A stretch of 64,000 nt of DNA from an uncultured Lachnospiraceae bacterium (GTDB taxonomy: Bacteria; Bacillota; Clostridia; Lachnospirales; Lachnospiraceae). The notes below the pieces were generated by a model, which was given only the letters and a program-made list of their open reading frames with translations, searched no databases and had not been told where the DNA came from. Made by a program: the position numbers and the translations under genes. The DNA lies in assembly GCA_910588215.1 (NCBI GenBank), contig CAJUQJ010000012.1, forward strand, positions 14 through 64,013, in the 5' to 3' direction. Below, piece after piece: positions 10,901 through 22,381 of the stretch. Numbering within the stretch: the first letter of the stretch is position 1; each line of letters opens with the position of its first letter.

Positions 10901-11776
10901 GTTGCGGACGATGATATCCGGCGCGCCCAGTTCCAACAGTCTCTTCAGACGGTTATTTCTGTTGATGATCCTTCTATAGAGATCATTCAGATCACTGGTG
11001 GCAAAACGGCCGCCGTCCAGCTGTACCATAGGCCGAAGGTCAGGCGGAATGACCGGGATCGCATCCATGATCATCCAAGACGGCTCATTACCGGATTCTC
11101 TAAACGCCTCCACTACTTCCAGTCTCTTGATGATACGAGCCCGTTTCTGGCCCGTGGAATCACGCAGCCCTTCCTTCAGCTCCACCGCCTCTGTCTCCAG
11201 GTCGATGGCTTCCAGCAGCTCCTTGATCGCTTCGGCGCCCATGCCAACACGGAATTTATTGCCCCAGGTCTCTCTTGCGTCCTGATACTCCTTCTCAGAA
11301 AGAACCTGTTTATACTCCAGATTACTGTCGCCCCCATCCAGCACGATATAGGACGCAAAGTATAATACCTTCTCCAACACACGCGGAGACAGATCGAGAA
11401 TCAATCCCATACGACTGGGAATCCCTTTAAAATACCAAATATGAGAAACCGGTGCCGCCAGCTCAATGTGACCCATGCGCTCTCTGCGGACGCTGGACTT
11501 AGTCACCTCAACGCCACACCTGTCACAAACAACACCTTTATACCTGATCTTCTTATATTTACCGCAGTGACACTCCCAATCCTTGCTTGGTCCAAAGATC
11601 TTCTCGCAGAAAAGGCCTTCTTTTTCCGGTTTCAGGGTTCTGTAATTGATCGTCTCGGGTTTGGTAACCTCGCCCCTCGACCACTCTCTGATCTTCTCGG
11701 GGGAGGCCAATCCGATCTTAATCGCATCGAATGTCATAGGTTGATAAGTTTCTTGTTTCATGTCTGACATCTTCAA
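7958..11776 (-). CDS. rpoC: RNA polymerase beta' subunit
   Basis: [12 protein letters not shown] catalytic motif, N-terminal Zn finger; long acidic C-terminal tail. Confidence 0.99.
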   Translation of the reverse strand: MKMSDMKQETYQPMTFDAIKIGLASPEKIREWSRGEVTKPETINYRTLKPEKEGLFCEKIFGPSKDWECHCGKYKKIRYKGVVCDRCGVEVTKSSVRRERMGHIELAAPVSHIWYFKGIPSRMGLILDLSPRVLEKVLYFASYIVLDGGDSNLEYKQVLSEKEYQDARETWGNKFRVGMGAEAIKELLEAIDLETEAVELKEGLRDSTGQKRARIIKRLEVVEAFRESGNEPSWMIMDAIPVIPPDLRPMVQLDGGRFATSDLNDLYRRIINRNNRLKRLLELGAPDIIVRNEKRMLQEAVDALIDNGRRGRPVTGPGNRALKSLSDMLKGKSGRFRQNLLGKRVDYSGRSVIVVGPELKIYQCGLPKEMAIELFKPFVMKELVSRGISQNIKNAKKLVERLDTQVWDVLEEVIKEHPVMLNRAPTLHRLGIQAFEPILVEGKAIKLHPLVCTAFNADFDGDQMAVHLPLSVEAQAECRFLLLSPNNLLKPSDGGPVAVPSQDMVLGIYYLTQERPGATGEGKFFKNVNEAILAYENKACTLHTRIRVRVTKQTPDGETVSGNVESTLGRFLFNEILPQDLGYVDRTNPEDLLKLEVDFHVGKKQLKQILEKVINIHGAVRTAEVLDLIKSTGYKYSTRAAMTVSISDMTVPARKPEMLEEAQATVDKISMNFRRGLITEEERYRAVVETWNETDKELTEVLLSGLDKYNNIFMMADSGARGSNQQIKQLAGMRGLMADTTGRTIELPIKSNFREGLDVLEYFMSAHGARKGLSDTALRTADSGYLTRRMVDVSQELIIRETDCSEGKDEIPGIVVKAFMDGKETIEGLGDRITGRFSCEDIKDRDGKMIVKRNHMITPARAARILSAGVNEKGEPIEEVKIRTILTCRSHVGICAKCYGANMATGEAVQVGEAVGIIAAQSIGEPGTQLTMRTFHTGGVAGDDITQGLPRVEELFEARKPKGLAIIAEFGGVATIKDTKKKREIVITNNETGESKTYLISYGSRIKIMDGAVLEAGDELTEGSVNPHDLLKIKGIRAVQDYMLREVQRVYRLQGVDIADKHIEVIVRQMLKKVRIENSGDTDFLPGTLVDVLDYEDMNEELFKEGKELAEGKQILLGITKAALATDSFLSAASFQETTKVLTEAAIKGKVDSLIGLKENVIIGKLIPAGTGMKRYRDTRLSTDENLLSRLAAEKELRFDDGFVRRPRFDFPVRADETEDEEELLDAETDELDLDEELDLEEDLGETELDEAEEFDEADDLEESEAEMEIVE

Positions 11777-11921
11777 TCACCATGCTCCTTCCAGATTATA
11801 TGCTGCCATGCACGGCTCTGCCGTCCACGGTAGCATGATGCTCTCGCGAAAACATAAAAACGCTGCTACTTACGGCTCAGGAATGCGCGTAAATGCGCAT
11901 TCCGTGAAAACATGATAAATC

Positions 11922-14900
11922 TTAATAAATCTCTGTTTCTTCCTCCGCAAAGTCAGCCTCTATCTCATCTTCCGCAAAATCCTCTTCCTCCTCGCTGGTC
12001 ACGAGTTCTCCACTGTCATCGTCAAATTCCTGTTTCTGATATCCCATGGAGCCAAGAGATTCCTGTTCATAGTCATAATTTCTGGAGTCACCTTCAATCT
12101 CATAACGATAATCATTCTCGCCGTAGTCGATCGTTTCCATGATCTCCACTTCTGTCTGGTCATCCCGAAGCACTCTCACATCCAGACCAAGCGACTGCAG
12201 TTCTTTAAGCAGCACCTTGAAGGATTCAGGCACGCCAGGCTCCGGAATATTATCACCCTTGATGATCGCTTCATAAGTCTTAACACGTCCCACCACGTCA
12301 TCGGACTTCACTGTCAGAATCTCCTGCAGTGTGTAAGCCGCGCCATAAGCTTCCAGCGCCCACACCTCCATCTCACCGAAACGCTGACCGCCGAACTGCG
12401 CTTTGCCGCCCAGGGGCTGCTGCGTTACCAGAGAGTAAGGACCAGTGGAGCGTGCATGGATCTTATCATCTACCAAATGATGCAGTTTCAGGTAATGCAT
12501 GTGGCCGATCGTAACCGGTGAGTCGAAATACTCACCCGTCCGGCCATCCCGCAACTGTACTTTACCATCGCTGGAGATCTCCACACCCTTCCACACTTCA
12601 CGATGTTCTCTGTGGTCGGAAAGGTACTGCATGATCTCTTCCGAAATATCTTCTTTATGCTTCTCCTCAAATTCTTCCCATTCCAGATTCACATAATCAT
12701 TGGCAAGATTCAGAGTGTCCGCGATATCATCTTCCTTCGCACCGTCAAATACCGGTGTCGCCACGTTAAAGCCAAGAGCTCTGGCCGCCAGAGATAAGTG
12801 AATCTCCAATACCTGTCCGATATTCATACGGGAAGGCACGCCCAACGGATTCAGAACAATGTCCAAAGGACGGCCGTTAGGCAGATAAGGCATATCCTCC
12901 ACCGGCAGCACACGGGAAACCACACCCTTGTTACCATGACGACCTGCCATCTTATCTCCTACGGAAATCTTTCTCTTCTGTGCAATGTAAATGCGGACTG
13001 CCTGATTAACGCCGGGTGAGAGTTCATCGCCATTCTCCCTCGTAAATACCTTCGCATCCACAACAATACCATATTCACCATGTGGCACTTTCAGGGAAGT
13101 ATCCCTCACTTCTCTGGCCTTCTCGCCGAAGATCGCACGGAGCAATCTCTCCTCCGCAGTCAGCTCCGTCTCTCCCTTGGGGGTTACTTTACCAACCAGG
13201 ATATCACCGGCCCGAACCTCCGCACCGATACGAATGATACCTCTGTCATCGAGATCTTTCAGTGCCTCATCACCTACGCCGGGAACGTCTCTTGTAATCT
13301 CCTCCGGCCCCAGTTTGGTATCGCGGGCTTCCGCCTCATATTCTTCAATGTGTACGGAGGTATAGACATCCTCTTGTACCAATCTCTCGCTGAGCAGTAC
13401 CGCATCCTCGTAGTTGTAGCCTTCCCAGGTCATGAAACCGATCAGCGGGTTCTTACCCAATGCCAGTTCGCCCCCTTCCGTGGACGGACCGTCTGCGATC
13501 ACTTCTCCCTGTGCCACATGATTGCCTTTGAACACAATAGGCTTCTGATTGTAACAGTTGGACTGATTACTGCGAGAGAATTTGGTCAGATGGTATTCAT
13601 CCTTCTCTCCATCGTCGTAAGTCATCCTGATCAGATCCGCCGATACGAAATCGATAGTACCCGCCTTCTTCGCCACCACACAGACACCCGAGTCCACAGC
13701 TGCTTTCGGCTCCATACCGGTTCCCACTACAGGGGTCTCCGTAAAGAGCAGTGGCACGGCCTGTCTCTGCATGTTGGAACCCATCAGTGCACGATTGGCG
13801 TCATCATTCTGTAAGAACGGAATCAGCGCCGTCGCCACCGAGAATACCATCTTCGGCGACACATCCATATAGTCGAACATGGCTTTAGGGTATTCCTGAG
13901 TCTCCTCCTCAAAACGTCCGGAAATATTATTACGGGTAAAATAGCCGTCGGCATCAATAGGGGCTGATGCCTGTGCTACATGGTAGTTATCCTCTTCGTC
14001 CGCCGTCATATACACGACTTCATCGGTGACACGCGGATTCTGCGGATCTGATTTATCTATCTTACGGTAAGGCGCCTCCACAAATCCATATTCATTGATC
14101 CGTGCGTAGGACGCAAGCGAATTGATCAGACCGATATTCGGGCCTTCCGGTGTCTCAATAGGACACATTCTTCCGTAATGGGTATAGTGTACGTCTCGGA
14201 CCTCAAATCCGGCTCTGTCTCTTGACAGACCACCAGGACCCAGCGCCGAGAGACGTCTCTTATGCGTCAACTCACCAAGAGGGTTGTTCTGATCCATGAA
14301 CTGGGACAGCTGGGAGGAACCAAAGAACTCCTTCACTGCAGCCTGTACCGGTTTGATGTTGATCAAAACCTGGGGTGAGATCTCATCCGCATCATGGGTC
14401 GTCATCCTCTCGCGGACTACTCTCTCCAATCTGGACAGACCGATGCGGTACTGATTCTGTAAAAGCTCACCTACCGCGCGGATACGTCTGTTGCCCAGAT
14501 GGTCAATATCGTCATCGTTGCCGATGCCGTACTCCAAATGGATATTATAATTAATAGATGCAAGGATATCTTCCTTCGTAATATGCTTGGGGATCAATTC
14601 ATGCACATTCTTGTGAATCGCCTCTGCCAACATCTCCGGATCATCGCTGTACTCCTCCAGAATCTGCTGCAGCACAGGATAATAAACCAACTCTGTAACG
14701 CCCAATTCTTTAGGATTACAATCTACAAAGTTAGTGATGTCTACCATCATATTAGAGAGAACTTTCACATTCTTCTCCTCTGTCTGGATCCAAACATAAG
14801 GAACCGCCGCATTCTGGATAGCGTCAGCCATCTCTGCGGTAACCTTGTCGCCCGCCTTGGCCAGAAGTTCACCTGTGGTCATATCCACCACATCCTCAGC

Positions 14901-15782
14901 CAGAATATGGTGCCTGATCCTGTTGCGGAACATTAACTTCTTATTAAATTTATATCTGCCGACCTTAGCCAAATCATATCTTCTGGGGTCAAAAAACATG
15001 GCGGTGATCAGACTTTCAGCACTCTCCACGCTCAAAGGCTCACCGGGACGGATCTTCTTATATAACTCCAACAAACCTTCCTGATAGTTCTCGGAAGTAT
15101 CCTTGGCAAAACTGGCCTCAATCTTCGGTTCTTCACCAAACAATTCTCTGATCTCATCATTAGAACCGACACCCATAGCACGGATCAGCACCGTGATCGG
15201 CACTTTCCTCGTCCTGTCCACGCGCACATAAAACACATCATTAGAGTCTGTCTCATACTCTAACCATGCGCCGCGATTCGGGATAACGGTGGCGGAAAAC
15301 AATCTTTTTCCGATCTTGTCATGTCCGATTCCGTAATAAATACCCGGAGAACGTACCAGCTGGCTTACGATAACACGCTCCGCTCCATTGATCACGAACG
15401 TACCGGTCTCTGTCATCAGCGGCAGGTCACCCATGAAGATTTCGTGCTCCGTGATCTCGTCCTTCTCCTTATTGATCAGGCGAACCTTAACCTTAAGAGG
15501 TGCCGCGTAAGTAGCATCTCTCTCTTTACATTTCTCAATAGAGTATTTCACATCCTCTTCGCATAACTCAAAGTCTACAAACTCCAGACTTAAGTGTCCG
15601 CTGTAATCTGAGATAGGAGAGATATCGTCGAAAACTTCCTTCAGTCCTTCCCTAAGAAACCACTGATAAGAGTTCTTCTGAACCTCGATCAGATTCGGCA
15701 TTTCCAGGACTTCCTTCTGTCGTGCATAGGTCATACGCGTATTTCTGCCGGCTGCAGTCTTACGGATTCTGTTCTTTTCCAT
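11922..15782 (-). CDS. rpoB: RNA polymerase beta subunit
   Basis: [38 protein letters not shown]; likely start MEKNRIR at 15782. Confidence 0.99.
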   Translation of the reverse strand: MEKNRIRKTAAGRNTRMTYARQKEVLEMPNLIEVQKNSYQWFLREGLKEVFDDISPISDYSGHLSLEFVDFELCEEDVKYSIEKCKERDATYAAPLKVKVRLINKEKDEITEHEIFMGDLPLMTETGTFVINGAERVIVSQLVRSPGIYYGIGHDKIGKRLFSATVIPNRGAWLEYETDSNDVFYVRVDRTRKVPITVLIRAMGVGSNDEIRELFGEEPKIEASFAKDTSENYQEGLLELYKKIRPGEPLSVESAESLITAMFFDPRRYDLAKVGRYKFNKKLMFRNRIRHHILAEDVVDMTTGELLAKAGDKVTAEMADAIQNAAVPYVWIQTEEKNVKVLSNMMVDITNFVDCNPKELGVTELVYYPVLQQILEEYSDDPEMLAEAIHKNVHELIPKHITKEDILASINYNIHLEYGIGNDDDIDHLGNRRIRAVGELLQNQYRIGLSRLERVVRERMTTHDADEISPQVLINIKPVQAAVKEFFGSSQLSQFMDQNNPLGELTHKRRLSALGPGGLSRDRAGFEVRDVHYTHYGRMCPIETPEGPNIGLINSLASYARINEYGFVEAPYRKIDKSDPQNPRVTDEVVYMTADEEDNYHVAQASAPIDADGYFTRNNISGRFEEETQEYPKAMFDYMDVSPKMVFSVATALIPFLQNDDANRALMGSNMQRQAVPLLFTETPVVGTGMEPKAAVDSGVCVVAKKAGTIDFVSADLIRMTYDDGEKDEYHLTKFSRSNQSNCYNQKPIVFKGNHVAQGEVIADGPSTEGGELALGKNPLIGFMTWEGYNYEDAVLLSERLVQEDVYTSVHIEEYEAEARDTKLGPEEITRDVPGVGDEALKDLDDRGIIRIGAEVRAGDILVGKVTPKGETELTAEERLLRAIFGEKAREVRDTSLKVPHGEYGIVVDAKVFTRENGDELSPGVNQAVRIYIAQKRKISVGDKMAGRHGNKGVVSRVLPVEDMPYLPNGRPLDIVLNPLGVPSRMNIGQVLEIHLSLAARALGFNVATPVFDGAKEDDIADTLNLANDYVNLEWEEFEEKHKEDISEEIMQYLSDHREHREVWKGVEISSDGKVQLRDGRTGEYFDSPVTIGHMHYLKLHHLVDDKIHARSTGPYSLVTQQPLGGKAQFGGQRFGEMEVWALEAYGAAYTLQEILTVKSDDVVGRVKTYEAIIKGDNIPEPGVPESFKVLLKELQSLGLDVRVLRDDQTEVEIMETIDYGENDYRYEIEGDSRNYDYEQESLGSMGYQKQEFDDDSGELVTSEEEEDFAEDEIEADFAEEETEIY

Positions 15783-15897
15783 TGACACTTTCACCCCGTT
15801 CCTTATGATTTGCTGCTTATCAGCCTGCCTGTCAGATTGTCTGTGGTATGAAATCATACTACAAATAAGCATACCACACCACAATAGTGCATTTTCC

Positions 15898-15926
15898 ATT
15901 CTACTACAAGTTTTTTTGTGAGTCAA
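15898..15926 (-). promoter_or_regulatory. Sigma-A promoter for rpoBC
   Basis: TTGACT-N17-TAGAAT. Confidence 0.6.
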
Positions 15927-16112
15927 CGACTATTTTGAAAAGTTTAGAAATACATGATATAGACTATCGAAATAACCGTGCAGATATGGCTGAGATCAAA
16001 ATTGTTCTTGACGCCAACTATAAAAACTGCAACGCAATAAAACCGCTCACGCGGGCTATGTAAAAACATACCCGACATGAACGGTTTTCTCAGCTTCACT
16101 TGCTCTTGTCGA

Positions 16113-16493
16113 TTATTTCAGAGTGACCTTAGCGCCCTCAGCTTCCAGTTTAGCCTTGATATCCTCGGACTCTTCCTTGGATGCAGCTTCTTTCACCATC
16201 TTCGGAGCGTTGTCTACCAGGTCTTTTGCTTCTTTCAGACCAAGGCCTGTGATCTCACGAACAACCTTGATGACTTTAACCTTATTCGGGCCAACCTCTG
16301 TCAGCTCAACATCGAACTCAGTCTTCTCCTCAGCTGCTGCTGCACCTGCGTCTCCGCCTGCTGCTGCAACGACTACACCTGCTGCTGCAGATACGCCGAA
16401 CTCTTCTTCACATGCTTTTACTAAATCATTCAATTCCAATACGGTCAACTCTTTGATCGCGTCGATAAATTCCTGAGTGGATAACTTTGCCAT
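16113..16493 (-). CDS. rplL: 50S ribosomal protein L7/L12
   Basis: [10 protein letters not shown]...[12 protein letters not shown]...GAKVTLK. Confidence 0.99.
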   Translation of the reverse strand: MAKLSTQEFIDAIKELTVLELNDLVKACEEEFGVSAAAGVVVAAAGGDAGAAAAEEKTEFDVELTEVGPNKVKVIKVVREITGLGLKEAKDLVDNAPKMVKEAASKEESEDIKAKLEAEGAKVTLK

Positions 16494-16575
16494 TATTATT
16501 TACCTCCATAATTTTCTTTTACAATCTTAATAATAATTGTATCTTTGTTCTGTGTGCAGATCCCTGCACTTTACC

Positions 16576-17139
16576 TTATGCTTCTGCCGGTGCTTCCTCG
16601 GCTGCAGCTTCAACAGGTGCCTCTTCAGCGGCAGGTGCTGCTTCACATGCGGATGCGCCACCCTTCTCCGCGATCTGGTTCAATACGCGTGCCAGGTTAG
16701 CAACCGGCGACTGCATACTGCCAAGCAATCTGGAAAGCAACTCTTCTCTGGACGGAATCTTGGAAACATCCTCAATTCCCTTAGCGTCATAAAGCGTGCC
16801 CTCTACGACACCGCCCTTGACTTCAAGAGCATTAGCTGTCTTCGCGAATTTGCATAATACTCTGGCCGGCGCCGTGGCATCCTCTTTGGAAACAGCCAGC
16901 GCACTCGGACCTTCCAGATAAGGGGTCAAAGATTCGAAATCTGTACCCTTAAATGCAAAATTCATCATCGTGTTCTTGTAAACCTTGTAGGTGATCCCGG
17001 CTTCACGCAGCTGCTTACGAAGCTCTGTATCCTGCTCTACCGTAAGCCCACGGTGGTCCACCAGGACAACTGACTGTGCGTCCTGAATGACAGCAGAGAT
17101 CTCTTCTACGATCGGTTTTTTCAGTTCAACCTTTGCCAT
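16576..17139 (-). CDS. rplJ: 50S ribosomal protein L10
   Basis: DHRGLTV...KVYKNT...IPSREELLSRLLGSMQSP. Confidence 0.98.
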   Translation of the reverse strand: MAKVELKKPIVEEISAVIQDAQSVVLVDHRGLTVEQDTELRKQLREAGITYKVYKNTMMNFAFKGTDFESLTPYLEGPSALAVSKEDATAPARVLCKFAKTANALEVKGGVVEGTLYDAKGIEDVSKIPSREELLSRLLGSMQSPVANLARVLNQIAEKGGASACEAAPAAEEAPVEAAAEEAPAEA

Positions 17140-17224
17140 TACATTTACCTCCTTATAGATTTTACGCCGATAGGAGTCTTAAACCATATGCTGTATCAAA
17201 GGATATCTTTCCTTATGATGCAAA

Positions 17225-17342
17225 AATCCTCCCTGAAGACAGGAAGGATGGAATCTACTACAATCTATCTTATAGCAACTCTTCTCCTCGGTAGGCGATA
17301 TTCTTACGCCGTCTCACGGCACCTACTGTCTTCGGCATGGTC
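17225..17342 (-). promoter_or_regulatory. L10 leader autoregulatory RNA
   Basis: Minus strand CCGAAGACAGTAGG...CCTACCGAGG upstream of rplJ; sigma-A-like promoter TTGACA-N18-TATAGT at 17358-17387. Confidence 0.8.
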
Positions 17343-17383
17343 TTAACAACCTCAAACACTATACCACAGCAAATTTGATCTTG

Positions 17384-17950
17384 TCAACTGTTTTCTACCA
17401 TATCCTCTCCATCACACACGGTACTGACATTGCTGAATACCGCGCTGTCATCCGGATCTGAAAGCTGCACGCTCATTTCTCCAAAAGACGTACGGATCAC
17501 CAAAATTTTCGCCCCGTCTGCTCGGGTAATGATCCGAGTGTCGGAAGCAGCCTCTTCCTCTTCAGCAGCTTCTCTGGCCGTCTCGATCTCCGCTTCGATC
17601 TGTTCCCGCAAGACTTCCTCCGCAGTATCTATTTTCTCCAACAGCTTCTGCCATTCTTCCTGGGTGTAAGCCTCAGCGCCAATCTGAATCTTGGGCTGAA
17701 TAGTCCCATTCTTGATCTTGGCACGCATCTCCTCCATTTTCTCCTGAAGAAACTTCCTGTAATCCGGATCGCTTTCAGTCTCCGCACACCCATTCCCCGC
17801 TGTCTGCCCGGTCTTTTCCTGTTCTGCGGCTTCTTCCGTACTCTCCAGCATCGCGCCAAAATTCCCGTCCTGTTTCCTCGCATTCCGACTGTTTGCGCGA
17901 CGCGCGGCGAACTGTTCCATAATAAAAGGGTTCCTGCTTCCAATTTCCAT
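17384..17950 (-). CDS. Hypothetical acidic/helical protein
   Basis: 188-aa ORF with RBS; IQIGAEAYTQEEWQKLLEKID; no function recognised. Confidence 0.7.
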   Translation of the reverse strand: MEIGSRNPFIMEQFAARRANSRNARKQDGNFGAMLESTEEAAEQEKTGQTAGNGCAETESDPDYRKFLQEKMEEMRAKIKNGTIQPKIQIGAEAYTQEEWQKLLEKIDTAEEVLREQIEAEIETAREAAEEEEAASDTRIITRADGAKILVIRTSFGEMSVQLSDPDDSAVFSNVSTVCDGEDMVENS

Positions 17951-18108
17951 ATTACATCCATACCTTTCTCTCAGCCATAAAGAATCCTGAACGATTTCTT
18001 ATACAAGATCAGTCTTTCACTATCTCATAAATAATACGATCTATTCCGGCAAAAAGTTTCACCCCACGCTGCTTTTTGCTTACATGCAAAAAACACAGCC
18101 GGAAACTG

Positions 18109-19383
18109 TCACCCCTGCCTTCTGATGATGTACCCCTCCTCATCGATCTGTACATCGGATATCTCACGCAAATGATCCAAGATCCTTCTTTTCTCTTCTC
18201 CCTGAACCAGAGATGTCGTGCAGCCGCTCTGCAGGCAGGGGACAAATTGCAGGCTCTGCAGTCCGTTCTCGTCCAATGTCGCTTTGATCATTCCCGTGTC
18301 CACCGTCTTGGAGTTAAACCAGAAATTTCCCAGGCTATATACAACCGGTACACCATCTATCATGCTGACAGGCTGCAGGCAATGCGGATGCGCCCCAATG
18401 ATCAGATCGGCTCCCGCCTCCACGACTTCCGGCGCCTGTTTCTCCTGTGCCCAATCGATGGTTTCCGTATTCTCAGTCCCCCAGTGCAGAAATACGATCA
18501 CAAAGTCACTGTTCTCCTCTGCCTCCCTGACAGTCTCCAGCAGATTGGCGCCGTTCCAACACCGGAACACACCTGCGGAAGTCTCTGTCGCACCTCTTGT
18601 ATCAGGATTATCCAGCCTTTCAATCTGTGTTGCCGCCACAAAGGCAATCTTCATATTATTGATGATATAGTACACCGGCCGGCGCGCTTCGTTAAGATCG
18701 CGGCCAGCCCCCATATACGTGATACCGGCTTCCCGCAAGATATCCATCGTATCCAAAAATGCCTGCTCACCATAATCATAAGCATGATTATTGGCCAACG
18801 ACACGAGATCGACACCCATCTCTCCCAAATAAGAAACAGCCCCCGGTTTCGCACGAAATGTGAACTGTTTTTCCGGTGTGGGCGTTCCCCTGTCAGAATA
18901 TGGGAATTCGTTGTTGAGCACCATGATATCCGCACTTTTCATCTCATTTATCAGATCCGGTGCGATACCACCCGTAATACTGCCACTCTGCAAGACTTTA
19001 CTCATAATGGCGTAGTTTGTGTCAAACAGAATATCTCCGGCGAAAGCAATCGAAACCTGCGACGGGTCTCCTGCATCCTTCGCAAAAATATTGTTCTGTT
19101 CCATATAATAAGGATCGTTCAAAATATTCGTATACCTATCGTTGACATGCAAGATCTCTTCAATCCGTTCCTGTTCTTCCTCCTCTATGACCTCCGGACT
19201 CGTAACACTCTGCTCAAGTTTCTTGGTCGTCAGTTGAAAATGACTCGTATCCCTTGCTCTGGCCGGTTCTATGATCCATAAAAAGGAAAATATGGCAAAA
19301 AGACCGATCGTCACGACAACGAGCAATGTAACGCAGAACGGCTTTATGAAGTTAGATTTCTTTTTACGTTGTTGCTTTCTCAT
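18109..19383 (-). CDS. CapA/PgsA family (poly-gamma-glutamate synthesis-like) metallophosphatase-fold membrane protein
   Basis: AFAGDI, SLANNHAYDYG, FLHWG, IIGAHPH, YSLGNF; N-terminal TM helix. Confidence 0.9.
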   Translation of the reverse strand: MRKQQRKKKSNFIKPFCVTLLVVVTIGLFAIFSFLWIIEPARARDTSHFQLTTKKLEQSVTSPEVIEEEEQERIEEILHVNDRYTNILNDPYYMEQNNIFAKDAGDPSQVSIAFAGDILFDTNYAIMSKVLQSGSITGGIAPDLINEMKSADIMVLNNEFPYSDRGTPTPEKQFTFRAKPGAVSYLGEMGVDLVSLANNHAYDYGEQAFLDTMDILREAGITYMGAGRDLNEARRPVYYIINNMKIAFVAATQIERLDNPDTRGATETSAGVFRCWNGANLLETVREAEENSDFVIVFLHWGTENTETIDWAQEKQAPEVVEAGADLIIGAHPHCLQPVSMIDGVPVVYSLGNFWFNSKTVDTGMIKATLDENGLQSLQFVPCLQSGCTTSLVQGEEKRRILDHLREISDVQIDEEGYIIRRQG

Positions 19384-19634
19384 TTTCACCTCATGCCGGA
19401 AAATAAATCTGAAATCTATTATAGGACTCGCCTGCGGCAGGTCTCGTTAATGTCCTTCACATTATAAAAAGCACATTTTGACACCCTGATCCCATAGAAT
19501 AAAGTGGGCAAGCCCACATCAGCTCCCCTCTCCTTAGGAAGTCAAATACTCGTGCAAGCACGGTACTTGGCTCATTGCTCGTGGGAATGAAAAAAGATTC
19601 CCACCGTCTCCGACAGGAATCCTTTTTATAAAAA

Positions 19635-20324
19635 TTAATATTTGGCCGTGTTAACCTTTACACCAGGACCCATAGTGGTTGCCAATGTAATACTTCTTAA
19701 ATACTGACCTTTCAATGCTGACGGTCTTGCCTTAACGATAGCCTCCATCAACGCATCAATGTTCTCCTGCAGCTTGGACTCCTCGAAAGAAACCTTTCCT
19801 ACCGGAACGTGAATAATGTTGGCCTTATCCAATCTGTACTCGATCTTACCGGCTTTAATATCGTTGATTGCCTTCGTAACATCCATCGTCACCGTACCGG
19901 CTTTCGGGTTCGGCATTAAGCCCTTCGGTCCAAGGACTTTACCAAGACGACCTACAACGCCCATCATATCGGGTGTTGCTACAACAACATCGAAGTCCAA
20001 CCATCCGTCATTCTGAATCCTGGGGATCAACTCGTCGCCGCCTACGTGATCGGCACCTGCAGCCTCAGCCTCAGCAAGCTTGTCGCCTTTCGCAAATACC
20101 AACACTTTCACAGTCTTACCTGTGCCATTCGGCAGTACTACCGCGCCACGGACCTGCTGTTCTGCATGACGTCCGTCACAACCGGTCTTAATATGAACCT
20201 CTACAGTCTCATCAAATTTAGCTGTCGCTGTCTTCTTCACCAGAGCGATGGCATCCGCTGTATCGTAGAGAGTGGAACGGTCTACCAGCTTCGCCGCCTC
20301 TGTATATTTCTTACCATGTTTCAT
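19635..20324 (-). CDS. rplA: 50S ribosomal protein L1
   Basis: KFDETVE...[16 protein letters not shown]...TMGPG. Confidence 0.99.
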   Translation of the reverse strand: MKHGKKYTEAAKLVDRSTLYDTADAIALVKKTATAKFDETVEVHIKTGCDGRHAEQQVRGAVVLPNGTGKTVKVLVFAKGDKLAEAEAAGADHVGGDELIPRIQNDGWLDFDVVVATPDMMGVVGRLGKVLGPKGLMPNPKAGTVTMDVTKAINDIKAGKIEYRLDKANIIHVPVGKVSFEESKLQENIDALMEAIVKARPSALKGQYLRSITLATTMGPGVKVNTAKY

Positions 20325-20337
20325 GTCAAATCCTCCA

Positions 20338-20763
20338 TTACTCTTCTACTGTAATACCCATGCTTCTTGCAGTTCCGGCGATCATGCTCATCGCTGCTTC
20401 CAAGTTTGCGGCATTCAAATCGGGCATCTTGGTCTCTGCGATCTCCTGAAGCTTCGCCTTGGAAATCGTAGCAACCTTCGTCTTATTCGGAACCGCGGAA
20501 CCGGATTTGATATTGCATGCTTTCTTCAAAAGAACTGCTGCAGGGGGAGTCTTCGTGATGAAACTGAAACTTCTGTCTGCATAGACTGTGATAACAACCG
20601 GGATGATCACATCACCCTTATCAGCTGTTCTCGCGTTGAACTGTTTCGTAAATTCAACGATGTTAACACCGTGCTGACCCAGCGCAGGACCAACCGGCGG
20701 TGCTGGCGTAGCTTTGCCAGCAGGAATCTGTAACTTAATATATCCTGTAACTTTCTTTGCCAT
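20338..20763 (-). CDS. rplK: 50S ribosomal protein L11
   Basis: [23 protein letters not shown]. Confidence 0.99.
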   Translation of the reverse strand: MAKKVTGYIKLQIPAGKATPAPPVGPALGQHGVNIVEFTKQFNARTADKGDVIIPVVITVYADRSFSFITKTPPAAVLLKKACNIKSGSAVPNKTKVATISKAKLQEIAETKMPDLNAANLEAAMSMIAGTARSMGITVEE

Positions 20764-21004
20764 AGTGGCACCTCCTAATATAATGTGGTACGGGCGTATG
20801 ATCTCGTCTTTCACCTGTCCGGGCATCCAGCTTTAATAAATTCCTCTACCGGATCTCTCGATCCGAAAGAAGCCGATGCGGCGGATTCCTTACTGGTTCT
20901 CTCAATCGGAGCGTATTCTGCGTCAACAGATCCGTTCGACTGCGGCATCATCGAAATCACACTCCCACAATATATCTAATCCGCCAAGGCGGAATAAATA
21001 TCGA

Positions 21005-21520
21005 TTACATTCTTCTGACTTCCGCGAAACTGATCTCCACCGGCGTCTCTCTGCCGAACAGCTCGACATTGATTGTGGCTGTCTGCTTGCCGAAATCCAT
21101 CCTCTGGACAACGCCGATCGTATCCTTCCAGACACCGGCAACCACCGCTATGGTATCGCCTTCCGCAAAGTCAACGCTCACATTCTCTGTCTTAATACCG
21201 AGCGGCTTCATCTCCGCTTCGGTGAGTGGCACCGGCTTGCTTCCCGGTCCGACAAACCCTGTGACGCCTCTGGTATTCCTTACGACATACCATGTATCAT
21301 CATTCATGACCATATTGATCAAAACATAGCCCGGAAACATCTTCTTCTGCACCGTCTTACGCGCACCGTTCTTCATCTCCACGACATCCTGTAAGGGCAC
21401 TCTGACTTCCAGAATCTCTTCCTCCAAATGTCTGTTCTCGATCGTTTTCTCAATGTTGGCTTTTACTTTGTTCTCATACCCGGAATAAGTATGAACAACA
21501 TACCAATTTGCTTCTGCCAT
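21005..21520 (-). CDS. nusG: Transcription termination/antitermination factor NusG
   Basis: WYVVHTYSGYENKVK, FPGYVL, FGRETPVE. Confidence 0.98.
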   Translation of the reverse strand: MAEANWYVVHTYSGYENKVKANIEKTIENRHLEEEILEVRVPLQDVVEMKNGARKTVQKKMFPGYVLINMVMNDDTWYVVRNTRGVTGFVGPGSKPVPLTEAEMKPLGIKTENVSVDFAEGDTIAVVAGVWKDTIGVVQRMDFGKQTATINVELFGRETPVEISFAEVRRM

Positions 21521-21561
21521 ACTAATACCATTCCTTTCTCAGAACCTGTTTTCAAAGCGTC

Positions 21562-21780
21562 TTAAAATTTCAGTGTCGTAATAAAGTCCACCCCATACTG
21601 CATACCGAAATCCAACACTGCGATGATCGCTCCGACAACAACAGAAATGATAACAACCGCAACAGATTGTTTCAAAAGGTCATCCTTATCAGGCCAAGTT
21701 ATCTTCTTAAATTCAGCTTTCACACCATTCCAGAATTTTACAAGTTTGGATGTTTTCTCTGATTTTGCAGAATCTCCCAT
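21562..21780 (-). CDS. secE: Preprotein translocase SecE
   Basis: EFKKITWP plus single TM helix; canonical position. Confidence 0.95.
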   Translation of the reverse strand: MGDSAKSEKTSKLVKFWNGVKAEFKKITWPDKDDLLKQSVAVVIISVVVGAIIAVLDFGMQYGVDFITTLKF

Positions 21781-21810
21781 ACTAATCCTCCATTCTCATA
21801 AAACCCACGA

Positions 21811-21960
21811 TTATTTTGTCTCCTTATGCAGAGTATGTCTCTTACAGAATCTGCAATACTTCTTAGTCTCCATTCTGTCAGGATGAGTCTTCTTGTCCTT
21901 GGTTGTATTATAGTTCCGCTGTTTGCACTCTGTGCATGCTAAAGTGATTCTCGTACGCAT
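21811..21960 (-). CDS. rpmG: 50S ribosomal protein L33 (Zn-binding type)
   Basis: Hand translation [49 protein letters not shown]; below the ORF-track length cutoff. Confidence 0.97.
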   Translation of the reverse strand: MRTRITLACTECKQRNYNTTKDKKTHPDRMETKKYCRFCKRHTLHKETK

Positions 21961-22046
21961 CTTGCTACCTCCACATGTATTCGTCAATCATCCGATCCAT
22001 TAATTTTAAGCATAAAAAAAAGACCTGAATCTTATATCGTGCAAAT

Positions 22047-22075
22047 AATATAGCACACACAACCTCTGAAGTCAA
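22047..22075 (-). promoter_or_regulatory. Sigma-A promoter for rpmG-secE-nusG
   Basis: TTGACT-N17-TATATT. Confidence 0.6.
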
Positions 22076-22381
22076 CCAGTTTTTGGGCAAATAATATTTA
22101 CAAATTTTATTTTTATTTCATAATTTACTTGAAATCTCTTTATCTTTTACCGAAAATGTTCGATATATAAAATATGAGAAAAGCTACGGCAACAGTTACT
22201 ACATCGCTCCTACAAAATACAACGTTTTAGAGCATTCAGACAAATGTCAGGCGTTCTAAGCCGTATCAACAATATAATACGCACCCACATCTGATGTCTT
22301 TCAGGCTAAGGACAGCTCGTAGAGGACATCGATGGATCAGGACGGATCCTGATTCATTTCAAGGAAGAAAGGAGGGTTTTA

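Noticed and set aside
20764..21004. Possible L1-binding leader or ncRNA between nusG and rplK
   Set aside because: An ACCAC element is present upstream of the RBS, but I could not confirm the full structure by eye.
21961..22170. tRNA gene near rpmG/secE, as in some bacteria
   Set aside because: No cloverleaf or T-loop context found; GTTCGAT at 22158 fits a promoter -10 element better.
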